IMG/VR virus record: IMGVR_UViG_3300037722_001735 | Location: 1-46,362 of that record | Strand: one strand, 5' to 3' | Length of the DNA stretch: 46,362 nucleotides | From: a virus | Taxonomy: Duplodnaviria; Caudoviricetes | Part shown: positions 1 to 7,295 of the stretch, in pieces | Numbering within the stretch: the stretch's first letter is position 1 | Layout: each line of letters begins with the position of its first letter | Notes under the pieces: generated by a model | The model's input: only the letters and a program-made list of their open reading frames with translations | Database searches by the model: none | Told to the model about the DNA's origin: nothing | Position numbers and translations under genes: made by a program

Positions 1-10
1 AGCTGAAACC

Positions 11-58
11 GCTAATTATAATTGACGCGAGATTAGCGAATCAGGCTAATTACGCAAC
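11..58 (+). promoter_or_regulatory. Rightward early promoter (pR-like) with overlapping operator
   Basis: AT-rich; TTGACG 22-27, 17-nt spacer, GCTAAT 45-50; inverted repeat ATTAGC-N7-GCTAAT 32-50; extra GCTAAT half-site 11-16; ATG at 59. Confidence 0.6.
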
Positions 59-334
59 ATGATTCGGAACCCGAAATCATGGCGCGAGCTGGCTGGGCTG
101 ACGCTCGAAGCAGTTGCGCGCACGGCAGGGATAAAAGGAAAAAACCCCGCCGCGACCTACCGCCGCTACGAGACCGGCCAGAACCGCTGCCCCGAAGACG
201 TCATTGAAAAGATCCGCGAGATGTCCAGCGGGCTGATCGGCCCGGAGGAATGGCACGCGGTTCGCGCCGCATGGCTGAAGGCGCGGCCGGGCGTAGGCCA
301 CGCCGCGCTGGCGACGCACGGGGAATCGGCATGA
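59..334 (+). CDS. Cro-like XRE/HTH regulator
   Basis: 91 aa; WRELAGLTLEAVARTAG...TYRRYETG HTH pattern; first gene after the operator. Confidence 0.75.
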   Translation: MIRNPKSWRELAGLTLEAVARTAGIKGKNPAATYRRYETGQNRCPEDVIEKIREMSSGLIGPEEWHAVRAAWLKARPGVGHAALATHGESA

Positions 335-810
335 CGCCGCCTGAAACTCTGCGCTGGAACCGCGTCGAGCGCGAGCTGCGCACCGTCCCGGAGCGGCTGG
401 CGATCGCCTGGGGCGAGAACGAGGGTGCCGTGTTCGATCATCTCTGGCGCGCGCGCGGCGACTGGGAGGTCGATGCGGCCGTGGCCGAGGCGTGCCGCCT
501 GCCGCTTGCCGCGGTGCAGGGTGCGGTGCGCCGGCTCAAGCGCGATCTCTATGCCTTCGAGCTCTTCATCGTCAGCTGCTCGCAGAGCCCGATCTACTGG
601 CGGCTCGTGAAGGATCAGTTTGCGTACTCGCCCGCTCGGGCGGGCTCGTATTCGCGAAGCCCGCAAGCGGGCAGCGCGAATGATTTCTCCGCAGGAGCCG
701 GCAAGCCCCGCGGCGAACCGGCCGCGCCGTCCTCCAGCCCCGTTCGCGACCTCGGCGGGGATTCATCGGCGGCGCGGCCGGAAGATTCGGCGCGGAGAAC
801 GCCGACATGA
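331..810 (+). CDS. Hypothetical protein, possible winged-helix N-terminal domain
   Basis: ATG 331 overlaps the cro stop (ATGA); low-complexity C-terminus overlaps the structured element at 627-682. Confidence 0.5.
   Translation: MTPPETLRWNRVERELRTVPERLAIAWGENEGAVFDHLWRARGDWEVDAAVAEACRLPLAAVQGAVRRLKRDLYAFELFIVSCSQSPIYWRLVKDQFAYSPARAGSYSRSPQAGSANDFSAGAGKPRGEPAAPSSSPVRDLGGDSSAARPEDSARRTPT
627..682 (+). ncRNA. Two-hairpin structured element, copy A (put-like candidate)
   Basis: CTC-GCCCGC/tcgg/GCGGGC-TCGT-ATTCGCG-AA-GCCCG/caag/CGGGC region-AG-CGCGAAT; same architecture at 18629, 22836, 36322. Confidence 0.55.
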
Positions 811-1106
811 TCAGGCGCGAAACAAGCGAGGTTGCGATCGGCCTGCGCCTGGTCGGCATGACCGCGCGGCTCGGTCATTCCGCCATCCCGGAAGAAATTG
901 CGAACGAGGCGCGCACCGCGCTCGATGAACTCGATCGCTGCCCCGAAGGGACGGTGCGCACATCCGCCGCGCTCGTGGCGAACTGGCTCATCGGCTTTGC
1001 GACGGCGCAGGGACCCGACGCCCAGGAGTTCGCGGCGCGCACGCTCATCGCCGTGACCGATCGCCTGCGCGAGGCGATGTCGACCGAAGCGGAGAGGGCG
1101 GCCTGA
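807..1106 (+). CDS. Hypothetical protein
   Basis: 99 aa, coupled by overlapping start/stop on both sides. Confidence 0.6.
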   Translation: MIRRETSEVAIGLRLVGMTARLGHSAIPEEIANEARTALDELDRCPEGTVRTSAALVANWLIGFATAQGPDAQEFAARTLIAVTDRLREAMSTEAERAA

Positions 1107-1189
1107 TGGATGTCGTGGCTTTCGCAATGTTTCTCGCGCTTGTGGCCGGGCTCGATCTGCTCGCGCTGAAAGGAATGGTGCGGCGATGA
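1106..1189 (+). CDS. Small hydrophobic peptide (27 aa)
   Basis: MDVVAFAMFLALVAGLDLLALKGMVRR exactly fills the gap with TGATG and ATGA overlaps; below the ORF-track cutoff. Confidence 0.45.
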   Translation: MDVVAFAMFLALVAGLDLLALKGMVRR

Positions 1190-1878
1190 GTCAGTTCGCA
1201 AGGATGACCGCGACCGAGCGCGGCAAGGCGAAGCGCAATCCCTATCTGACAACCGTCACCGGACGCGAGATCGACCTCGTCGCGCCGAAGTGGACGGCGG
1301 TCGATTTCAAGGATGTAGCACACCACCTCGCGCACAATTGCCGTTACGCGGGAGCCTGCCGCCGGACCTATACGGTCGCCGAGCATCTGCTGCGCGGCAT
1401 CGGTCACTGCGCGCCGGAGGTGTTGCCCTTCTGGCTCGCGCACGACGCGCACGAGGCCTTCAGCCAGGACGATGCGACGCCGAAAAAGCAGGCGCTGCCG
1501 ATGGTGATGGAGGCTTGCCTGCGCGGCCAGTTTCCGCTCGCCGATATCGAGAAGTTCAAGCTCGCGATCGAGACGGCGTTCGACGAATTCGAGTTGCGCC
1601 ACATGCGCGCCGTACACGAGGCGGCCGGACTCGGCTGGCCGGTGCCGGAGGACATCCAGCGGGAAGTGAAGACGCTTGATCGCCGGATGCTGGTCACGGA
1701 ATGGCGCGACCTGATGCCCGGCACTCCGCCGCCCGGCTACGAAGACGCGGCGCCTTTCGATGAAAATTTCTCGCAGCCCTTTACCAGCTTCGGGTTCGAG
1801 GCGCTGCGCGACGCGATGCTCGCGGCCTTCGTCATGACCTTTCCGGCGCTGCGCGAAGCCGCGGGCGCCCGATCGTGA
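1186..1878 (+). CDS. HD-domain phosphohydrolase (YfbR/YfdR-like 5'-deoxynucleotidase family)
   Basis: DVAHHLAHNCRYAG, YTVAEH, LAHDAHEAF motifs. Confidence 0.8.
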   Translation: MSQFARMTATERGKAKRNPYLTTVTGREIDLVAPKWTAVDFKDVAHHLAHNCRYAGACRRTYTVAEHLLRGIGHCAPEVLPFWLAHDAHEAFSQDDATPKKQALPMVMEACLRGQFPLADIEKFKLAIETAFDEFELRHMRAVHEAAGLGWPVPEDIQREVKTLDRRMLVTEWRDLMPGTPPPGYEDAAPFDENFSQPFTSFGFEALRDAMLAAFVMTFPALREAAGARS

Positions 1879-2117
1879 GCACCCTCACCAACAACACCTT
1901 CACCGCGCTCGCGGCGGAGATCGCCGCCAAGGCCTCGCGCTGGGCGGGCGATGCCGCGCGCACCATGGAGGCGGGCGCGCCGCAGTCCGGCGTCGTCGCC
2001 GAAAAGACGGCGGAGAAATTCTGCAGCGAGATCGAGGCGCATCTCGATCTCGTGCGCCGCCTCGCACGCACCAAGCCGGACAGCGTCGAACGTTCGATTG
2101 CAAGGAGCGGAAAATGA
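1875..2117 (+). CDS. Hypothetical protein
   Basis: 80 aa, GTGA/ATGA coupled. Confidence 0.55.
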   Translation: MSTLTNNTFTALAAEIAAKASRWAGDAARTMEAGAPQSGVVAEKTAEKFCSEIEAHLDLVRRLARTKPDSVERSIARSGK

Positions 2118-2473
2118 ACGGCGATCAAACCCTTTCCTTCCGGCTGACGCTCGAAGCCGACATGGGCGCGGAAGTCGCGCGGCGCACCGGGCGATGCCGG
2201 GCAAGGGCGCTGGTCAATGCGGCGCTCGTGGCCTTCTGGATTGTCTGGCTGACTTTCCTCGCCGGGCCCCACGTGCCCGCGCTGGTTCTCCTGGCCGCCC
2301 CGGCGCTGATCGCATCCTCCTCCTTCGAGTGCGTGCGCAACGTCCGCAATCTTGTCGACCTGCAGACGTGCTGGACGAAGTGGCTCGACTGCACGGACCA
2401 TATGGATGCGTTCGTCGCGCAGCTCGAACGCTCGCTGATATCGGCCGACGCCGCGCGCGCGAGGTTCTCATGA
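2114..2473 (+). CDS. Hypothetical membrane protein
   Basis: Two hydrophobic segments (ALVNAALVAFWIVWLTFL, VPALVLLAAPALIA); coupled. Confidence 0.6.
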   Translation: MNGDQTLSFRLTLEADMGAEVARRTGRCRARALVNAALVAFWIVWLTFLAGPHVPALVLLAAPALIASSSFECVRNVRNLVDLQTCWTKWLDCTDHMDAFVAQLERSLISADAARARFS

Positions 2474-4263
2474 CCGGAACGCCGCAACCACCCATTCCCG
2501 ACATTCCCTATCACCCGTGCGCAAACATCATGCCGATGATGGGCGCGGACGACCGCGCCGCGCTCCGCGCGCGCATGCAGCGCGAGGGTTACAACAAGGC
2601 CAAGCCGCTCGTGCTGCTCGACGGCATGCTGCTCGACGGGCGCAACCGCATCGAGGAAGCGCGCTCGCTCGGGCTTTCCGCCTCGGATATTTCCTTCCGC
2701 GTCTTCGGCGAGCCCGACGAAAGCGGTTTCGACTGGTGCGACGGCGACGACCCGCTCGAATTCGTGCTGCGCGAAAACTACGACCGGCGGCACCTGTCGG
2801 TCAGCCAGCGCTCGCTCGTCATGGCGGAGGCCGAAACGCTGCGCCACGGCGGCCGGCGTCCGCCAGCCGGTCAAGATGCAAATTTGCATCTTGACCTTCC
2901 CGGTGCCGCGACCGATGCCCCGGCTGTCCCCCGCGCCGACTTGGCGAAGCGCGGCGGCGTATCGGAGCGCTCGATCGCGACGGCGGCGCAGGTGCGCGAC
3001 CAGGGCGCGCCCGAACTCAAGGATGCGGTGCGCGAAGGCACGGTGACGATCTCGACCGCCGCCGACATCGCGACCCTGCCCAAGGACGAACAGGCGGAAG
3101 TCGTCGCGCGCGGCGAAACGGAAATCCTCAAGAAGGCGAAAGAAATCCGCCAGTCGAAGCAGGCGAAGAAGCATGTGGAGCGCCAGCACAAGGGCGAGGC
3201 GCTCGCCGCCAAAAATCCGGGTCTGCCGGGGCGGCTCTATTCGTTCGCGCTGATCGACGTGCCGCGCAAGCACAATGTCTATGACGACGAGACCGGCTCG
3301 GAGAAGGCGCCGGAGAACCACTATCCGGTGATGAACTTCCGCGAGCTGCTCGACTTCGCGATCGACAGCTTCGTGGCGAAGGACTGCATCATCGCCTACT
3401 GGTCGACGGCGGCTTCGCTGCTCGACGATCTGGAAATCCTCGCCGAGTGGGGCTTCGTTGCGTTCCGGCCGCGCGATGCGAACGGCAAATTGATCCGCGA
3501 CGAAACAGGCGATCCGCTCGTCGCCATTGGCGGTGGGAAGTATGGCTCGCAGCAGGTCTGGCACAAGCGCCGTGCCGGCAAGGCCATGGGTACGGGCCGC
3601 TGGTTCCGCGACCAGCACGAGTTCATGATCTTCGCGCGGCGCGGCGACATTCCCGCGCCGCTGCCCGGCACCCAGTCCGATTCCTGTTTCGACGCCGACT
3701 TCGCCGGCCACTCGGTCAAGCCGCACGACATCGTGCGCGCGCAGATCGACCGCTGCTGGCCGCACATGGAGAAGATCGAAATCTTCGCGCGCGCGAAGCC
3801 GGGCGAAGCCCCGCCCGCCGGCTGGACGTTCTGGGGGAACGAGGCGAGCGCCGCCGAAGCCACGCCCGCGGAGCGGGCCGGCGAGGAGCCGGCGCGAGCA
3901 CCGAAAGAACCGGACACTGCCGAAGCCGCCGATCCGGGCACCCAGGCGGCGGTTGAATTCGCCGATGAACTGCGCACCGAATTCAATGCGTTCGAGGCGA
4001 TCGAGAGCGGCGAGAAAGTCGACGGCGAAATCCTGAACGCATTCCGCCGCCAGCGCTATCTCGTGCCGGGCGGACAGACCCGCATCACTTCGCGCGGCTA
4101 TGCGCGGCGTAACGAACTCGAAGATCGGCTCAATGCGGTCGCCGGTGCCGCTGCGCCCGAGCAGGCCGCCGCCGAAACGGGCGCGGCCACGCCGACGCAA
4201 ACCGAAGACGATCTGGAGCTTCCCGGCTTCCTGCGCCGGACCGGCGAAGGTGCCGGCGCATGA
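2470..4263 (+). CDS. ParB-like N-terminal domain fused to MT-A70-family adenine methyltransferase
   Basis: ATG 2470; LLDGRNR and ENYDRRHLSVSQR (ParB-like); HYPVM, WGF, GTGRWFRDQHE, HSVKP, EIFAR, GWTFWGNE (MT-A70); catalytic DPPW position reads DVPR. Confidence 0.8.
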   Translation: MTGTPQPPIPDIPYHPCANIMPMMGADDRAALRARMQREGYNKAKPLVLLDGMLLDGRNRIEEARSLGLSASDISFRVFGEPDESGFDWCDGDDPLEFVLRENYDRRHLSVSQRSLVMAEAETLRHGGRRPPAGQDANLHLDLPGAATDAPAVPRADLAKRGGVSERSIATAAQVRDQGAPELKDAVREGTVTISTAADIATLPKDEQAEVVARGETEILKKAKEIRQSKQAKKHVERQHKGEALAAKNPGLPGRLYSFALIDVPRKHNVYDDETGSEKAPENHYPVMNFRELLDFAIDSFVAKDCIIAYWSTAASLLDDLEILAEWGFVAFRPRDANGKLIRDETGDPLVAIGGGKYGSQQVWHKRRAGKAMGTGRWFRDQHEFMIFARRGDIPAPLPGTQSDSCFDADFAGHSVKPHDIVRAQIDRCWPHMEKIEIFARAKPGEAPPAGWTFWGNEASAAEATPAERAGEEPARAPKEPDTAEAADPGTQAAVEFADELRTEFNAFEAIESGEKVDGEILNAFRRQRYLVPGGQTRITSRGYARRNELEDRLNAVAGAAAPEQAAAETGAATPTQTEDDLELPGFLRRTGEGAGA

Positions 4264-4508
4264 CGAAGTCGAAGGCACTGCGGCTCCTGACGGAAGCGAT
4301 CCATGCGCGGCCCTGTGATCATTGCGCCGTCGCCCTCGGCGCCGAACCGCGCATTCACTACGCGTTCAAGCAATATCACGCGCGCTGTTTCGTGCTGACA
4401 GGCCTGAAGCCGTCGGTCGACGGCGCGACCATTGTCGGGCGGCTGCTCGCGCGCGCACGCGCAGGCCTGCCGCCGCTGCCACCGAACTTTCGAAGCATGC
4501 CGCTCTAG
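4260..4508 (+). CDS. Hypothetical protein
   Basis: 82 aa, ATGA-coupled, CxxC. Confidence 0.5.
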   Translation: MTKSKALRLLTEAIHARPCDHCAVALGAEPRIHYAFKQYHARCFVLTGLKPSVDGATIVGRLLARARAGLPPLPPNFRSMPL

Positions 4509-4568
4509 CGGCCCCCGCCGGCGGGCCGCCGGCGACAGCGTAACGAGTGAAACCTGGAGGCATGACAC

Positions 4569-5456
4569 ATGAAGCACATGAAACTGTCGACCGCGGACGC
4601 CGCGTCGATCCTGATCAAGAGCGATGCAAGCCTGCCCGCGTTCAAGGCCGCCGGCCGCGCCACGCTCGTCATCCGCGCGGGCACGTCGATCGCCGGAACG
4701 AAATTCGCAAAGGAAACGCCGGTGCATCTGCCCGGCGATCTGGAGCCGGGCGCCGACTATTGCATCTATCTCGGTGACCGCGTGCCCGCGGCCGGCAAGG
4801 CGGGCGCGCGTGACATCGTCATCGGCGGCTTCCACTTTGCGCCGGGCGGCAATGCGCAAGCGCGAGGCGGCGGTGACACGACGCCGCGCATCAATCCGTG
4901 CTCAATCTACGACCTGAATTTCCGCCCGGCATGTCCCGATCCGCGCGGCATGGCGTTCGTCGAGGCGAAGAATTTCTGGGGCGACATCTATCTGTGCGCC
5001 GCGGACCATCTGGAAGGCGGCACGAGCCAGTTCGGCGTGACGATCGCCGACGGCCGCGATCTTCCGCAGGACCCCGCAGGCGGACGCTTCAGGAAATTCG
5101 ATTACGCCTCCGCCTGCGCGGTGATGAAACACCATGGCAAGGGGCTGATGAGCCCGGACGAATTCGCCGCGGGTGCCTACGGCGTCACCGAAAACTCGGC
5201 GTTCGATACGCGCGCGGCAAAGACCGCGCTCGACGCCGCGCGCACCAGCAAATGGGGCTGGATGCAGGCGACCGGCAACAAGTGGGTCTGGGGCCACGAC
5301 GGCAATCCGGAATCGCCGCGCGCTTCCCTCTTTGGCGGCGCCTGGTTCAACGGCTCGCGCGCGGGCTCGCGCTTCGCGTTCCTCGATACCTGGCCGGGGG
5401 TCTCGCGCGCCAATTTGGGCGCGCGCGGGCGCAGTGACCACCTGCAACCTGTCTAG
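4569..5456 (+). CDS. mtd: DGR target 1, Mtd-like protein with C-type-lectin-fold variable C-terminus
   Basis: GGFHFAPGGNA, FRPACPDPRGM, FWGDIYL, GTSQFGVTIADG, HHGK, TSKWG, LFGGAW, GARGRSDHL match recalled BPP-1 Mtd motifs; contains VR1. Confidence 0.9.
   Translation: MKHMKLSTADAASILIKSDASLPAFKAAGRATLVIRAGTSIAGTKFAKETPVHLPGDLEPGADYCIYLGDRVPAAGKAGARDIVIGGFHFAPGGNAQARGGGDTTPRINPCSIYDLNFRPACPDPRGMAFVEAKNFWGDIYLCAADHLEGGTSQFGVTIADGRDLPQDPAGGRFRKFDYASACAVMKHHGKGLMSPDEFAAGAYGVTENSAFDTRAAKTALDAARTSKWGWMQATGNKWVWGHDGNPESPRASLFGGAWFNGSRAGSRFAFLDTWPGVSRANLGARGRSDHLQPV
5316..5438 (+). repeat. Variable repeat VR1
   Basis: 123-nt ungapped match to TR; 15 mismatches, 14 at TR adenines plus one T>G (5340). 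Confidence 0.95.
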
Positions 5457-5475
5457 CCGCCGCGCAAGCGGCGGC
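5456..5475 (+). promoter_or_regulatory. DGR target-recognition hairpin after VR1/IMH
   Basis: GCCGCCGC-GCAA-GCGGCGGC, perfect 8-bp stem with 4-nt loop at the stop codon. Confidence 0.8.
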
Positions 5476-5511
5476 GGCGATCATCCATCGAAACTTCCGG
5501 AGGCATGACAC

Positions 5512-6423
5512 ATGAACAAACAGACCGACGTCCCGTCCGCGGCCATCGAGCCGCATCTCAAGAAAGCCGATCCCAATCTGCCCGCGCTCGTTGCTACCGG
5601 CGCGGCGGCAATCTCGATCCGCGCCGGCACGATTTTCGCCGGCGTGGCGTTCACTGCCGAAACGCCCGTGCGCATGCCCGGTGAAGGGCTTGAGGCGGGC
5701 GCCGACTATGCCGTCGTGCTGCTGGGCAACGATGCCGCCGCGGTGAAGCTCGATGGAGTGCCGTCGGGGGAAACCTGTCTCGGCGGGTTTCACTTCGCGC
5801 CAGGCGGTAACGCGCAGGGAAAATCGGGCGGTGACGACGCGCCCGCCATCAATCCCTTCTCGCTGTGGGACAGGAATTTTCGCCCGGCATGCCCCGACCC
5901 GCGCGGCATGACGCTGGTCGAAATGGCAAGCGGCGCGAAATTCTGGTGCGACATCTACCTGCTCGCCAAAGAGCACCTTCTGTCGGGCACGTCGAAATTC
6001 GCCGTGACGATCGCCGACGGAGACGACGCGCCGCAGGATCCTTCGGGCGGCGATTTCGATGTGCTCGATTTCGAAACCGCCGTCGCCGTGCTCAAGCATC
6101 ACGGCAAGGGCGTCATGGGCGCCGAGGAATTCTTCGCGGCGGCTTACGGCGTCACGGAGAGAACTGCGGCGGGCAGTGACCCCGAACGCACGGGGCTCGA
6201 TGCCGCACGCACCAGCAAGTGGGGCGTGATGCAGGCGACCGGAAACCTGTGGGTCTGGGGACACGACGGACATCCCGACGACCCGCGCGCTTCCCTCTTT
6301 GGCGGCTCCTGGTTCCACGGCTCGTACGCGGGCTCGCGCTACGCGGACCTCGTTTTCTGGCCGGTGTACTCGCCCGGCCATTTGGGCGCGCGCGGGCGCA
6401 GTGACCACCTGCAACCTGTCTAG
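5512..6423 (+). CDS. mtd: DGR target 2, Mtd-like paralog
   Basis: Same motifs as target 1, identical C-terminus LGARGRSDHLQPV; contains VR2. Confidence 0.9.
   Translation: MNKQTDVPSAAIEPHLKKADPNLPALVATGAAAISIRAGTIFAGVAFTAETPVRMPGEGLEAGADYAVVLLGNDAAAVKLDGVPSGETCLGGFHFAPGGNAQGKSGGDDAPAINPFSLWDRNFRPACPDPRGMTLVEMASGAKFWCDIYLLAKEHLLSGTSKFAVTIADGDDAPQDPSGGDFDVLDFETAVAVLKHHGKGVMGAEEFFAAAYGVTERTAAGSDPERTGLDAARTSKWGVMQATGNLWVWGHDGHPDDPRASLFGGSWFHGSYAGSRYADLVFWPVYSPGHLGARGRSDHLQPV
6283..6405 (+). repeat. Variable repeat VR2
   Basis: 123-nt ungapped match to TR; 14 mismatches, all at TR adenines. Confidence 0.95.
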
Positions 6424-6442
6424 CCGCCGCGCAAGTGGCGGC
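6423..6442 (+). promoter_or_regulatory. DGR target-recognition hairpin after VR2/IMH
   Basis: GCCGCCGC-GCAA-GTGGCGGC, 8-bp stem with one G.T pair. Confidence 0.75.
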
Positions 6443-6504
6443 CCTTTTCGCGGCGGCCCGCCGCGGACTTCGCTCGGCGACGGGTCGCAGGGATCAGACC
6501 AACG

Positions 6505-6915
6505 ATGACGATTGTCAGGGACGAGAACACGCACACCGAGGCACTGGCGATCGTCGAGAAATACGAAGACTTCAGGAATTATATGTATCCGATCCTGCAA
6601 CGCAGTCCGCGCCATCACGGCATCCTCCGGGACGCGGTGATGGCCGAACTGTTTGCGCCGATCGGCGATCTCTATCACGCGGCGAAAACGCGGCAGGTCT
6701 CGCGGCTCTATGTCTGCGACGGTCGGTTCGCGACGCTGCGTTCGCACCTTCGTTTCCTGGTCCGACCCGACATCAGAATCATGAGCCGGCACCAGCACGC
6801 CGCCGCACTGCGGCTGCTGGCCGAGCCGGGGAAGATGCTCGGCGCGTGGATCAAGAAGCTGAAGGCCAGCAAGAATCCGGGCGAGGAAACTCGCCCGGCA
6901 GGGCGAGCGGGGTAA
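6505..6915 (+). CDS. avd: Accessory variability determinant Avd
   Basis: IVEKYE...YMYPILQRSPRHHG, QVSRLY, LRFL, EPGKMLGAWI resemble recalled BPP-1 bAvd; lies between VR and TR. Confidence 0.9.
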   Translation: MTIVRDENTHTEALAIVEKYEDFRNYMYPILQRSPRHHGILRDAVMAELFAPIGDLYHAAKTRQVSRLYVCDGRFATLRSHLRFLVRPDIRIMSRHQHAAALRLLAEPGKMLGAWIKKLKASKNPGEETRPAGRAG

Positions 6916-6923
6916 ATAGCATG

Positions 6924-7046
6924 CCGCGCGCTTCCATCTTTGGCGGCTCCTGGATCAACGGCTCGAACGCGGGCTCGCGCTACGCGAACCTCGATAACTG
7001 GCCGGAGAACTCGAACGACAATTTGGGCGCGCGCGGGCGCAGTGAC
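6924..7046 (+). ncRNA. DGR template repeat (TR)
   Basis: Adenine-rich copy of both VRs (six AAC and one AAT codons); diverges after AGTGAC (GACCGG in TR vs CACCTG in VRs, IMH*/IMH); followed by a spacer to 7295. Confidence 0.95.
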
Positions 7047-7295
7047 GACCGGATTACGACGCGGCGGCGATCACGGTCCCGCCGGTCTTCCCCGTTCGGT
7101 GTGACCATCGCGTCGTCGCGTGAAGCCGCCGAAGGCGGCGGAGGCCGCGACGCTTTGGCAACCGAGATCAGGTGGTCAGCCCGCCCGTCCTGCTTCGGCG
7201 AACACATTTCGCGGTCCGGCAAAACGGGGCGTAGCGGCGCGCATTCTGCGCCGTCGAGACCCGCGGCCGGCAAATTAATTTCAGGCGGATTTTTC

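Noticed and set aside
1186-1878. HD protein as part of a Z-base (DatZ/PurZ) pathway
   Set aside because: No PurZ, MazZ or phage DNA polymerase gene recognised
2125-4278. Long antisense ORFs (also 16277-18349, 28704-30527, 18888-20369, 13106-14701 and others)
   Set aside because: Shadow frames of GC-rich genes with no recognisable motifs
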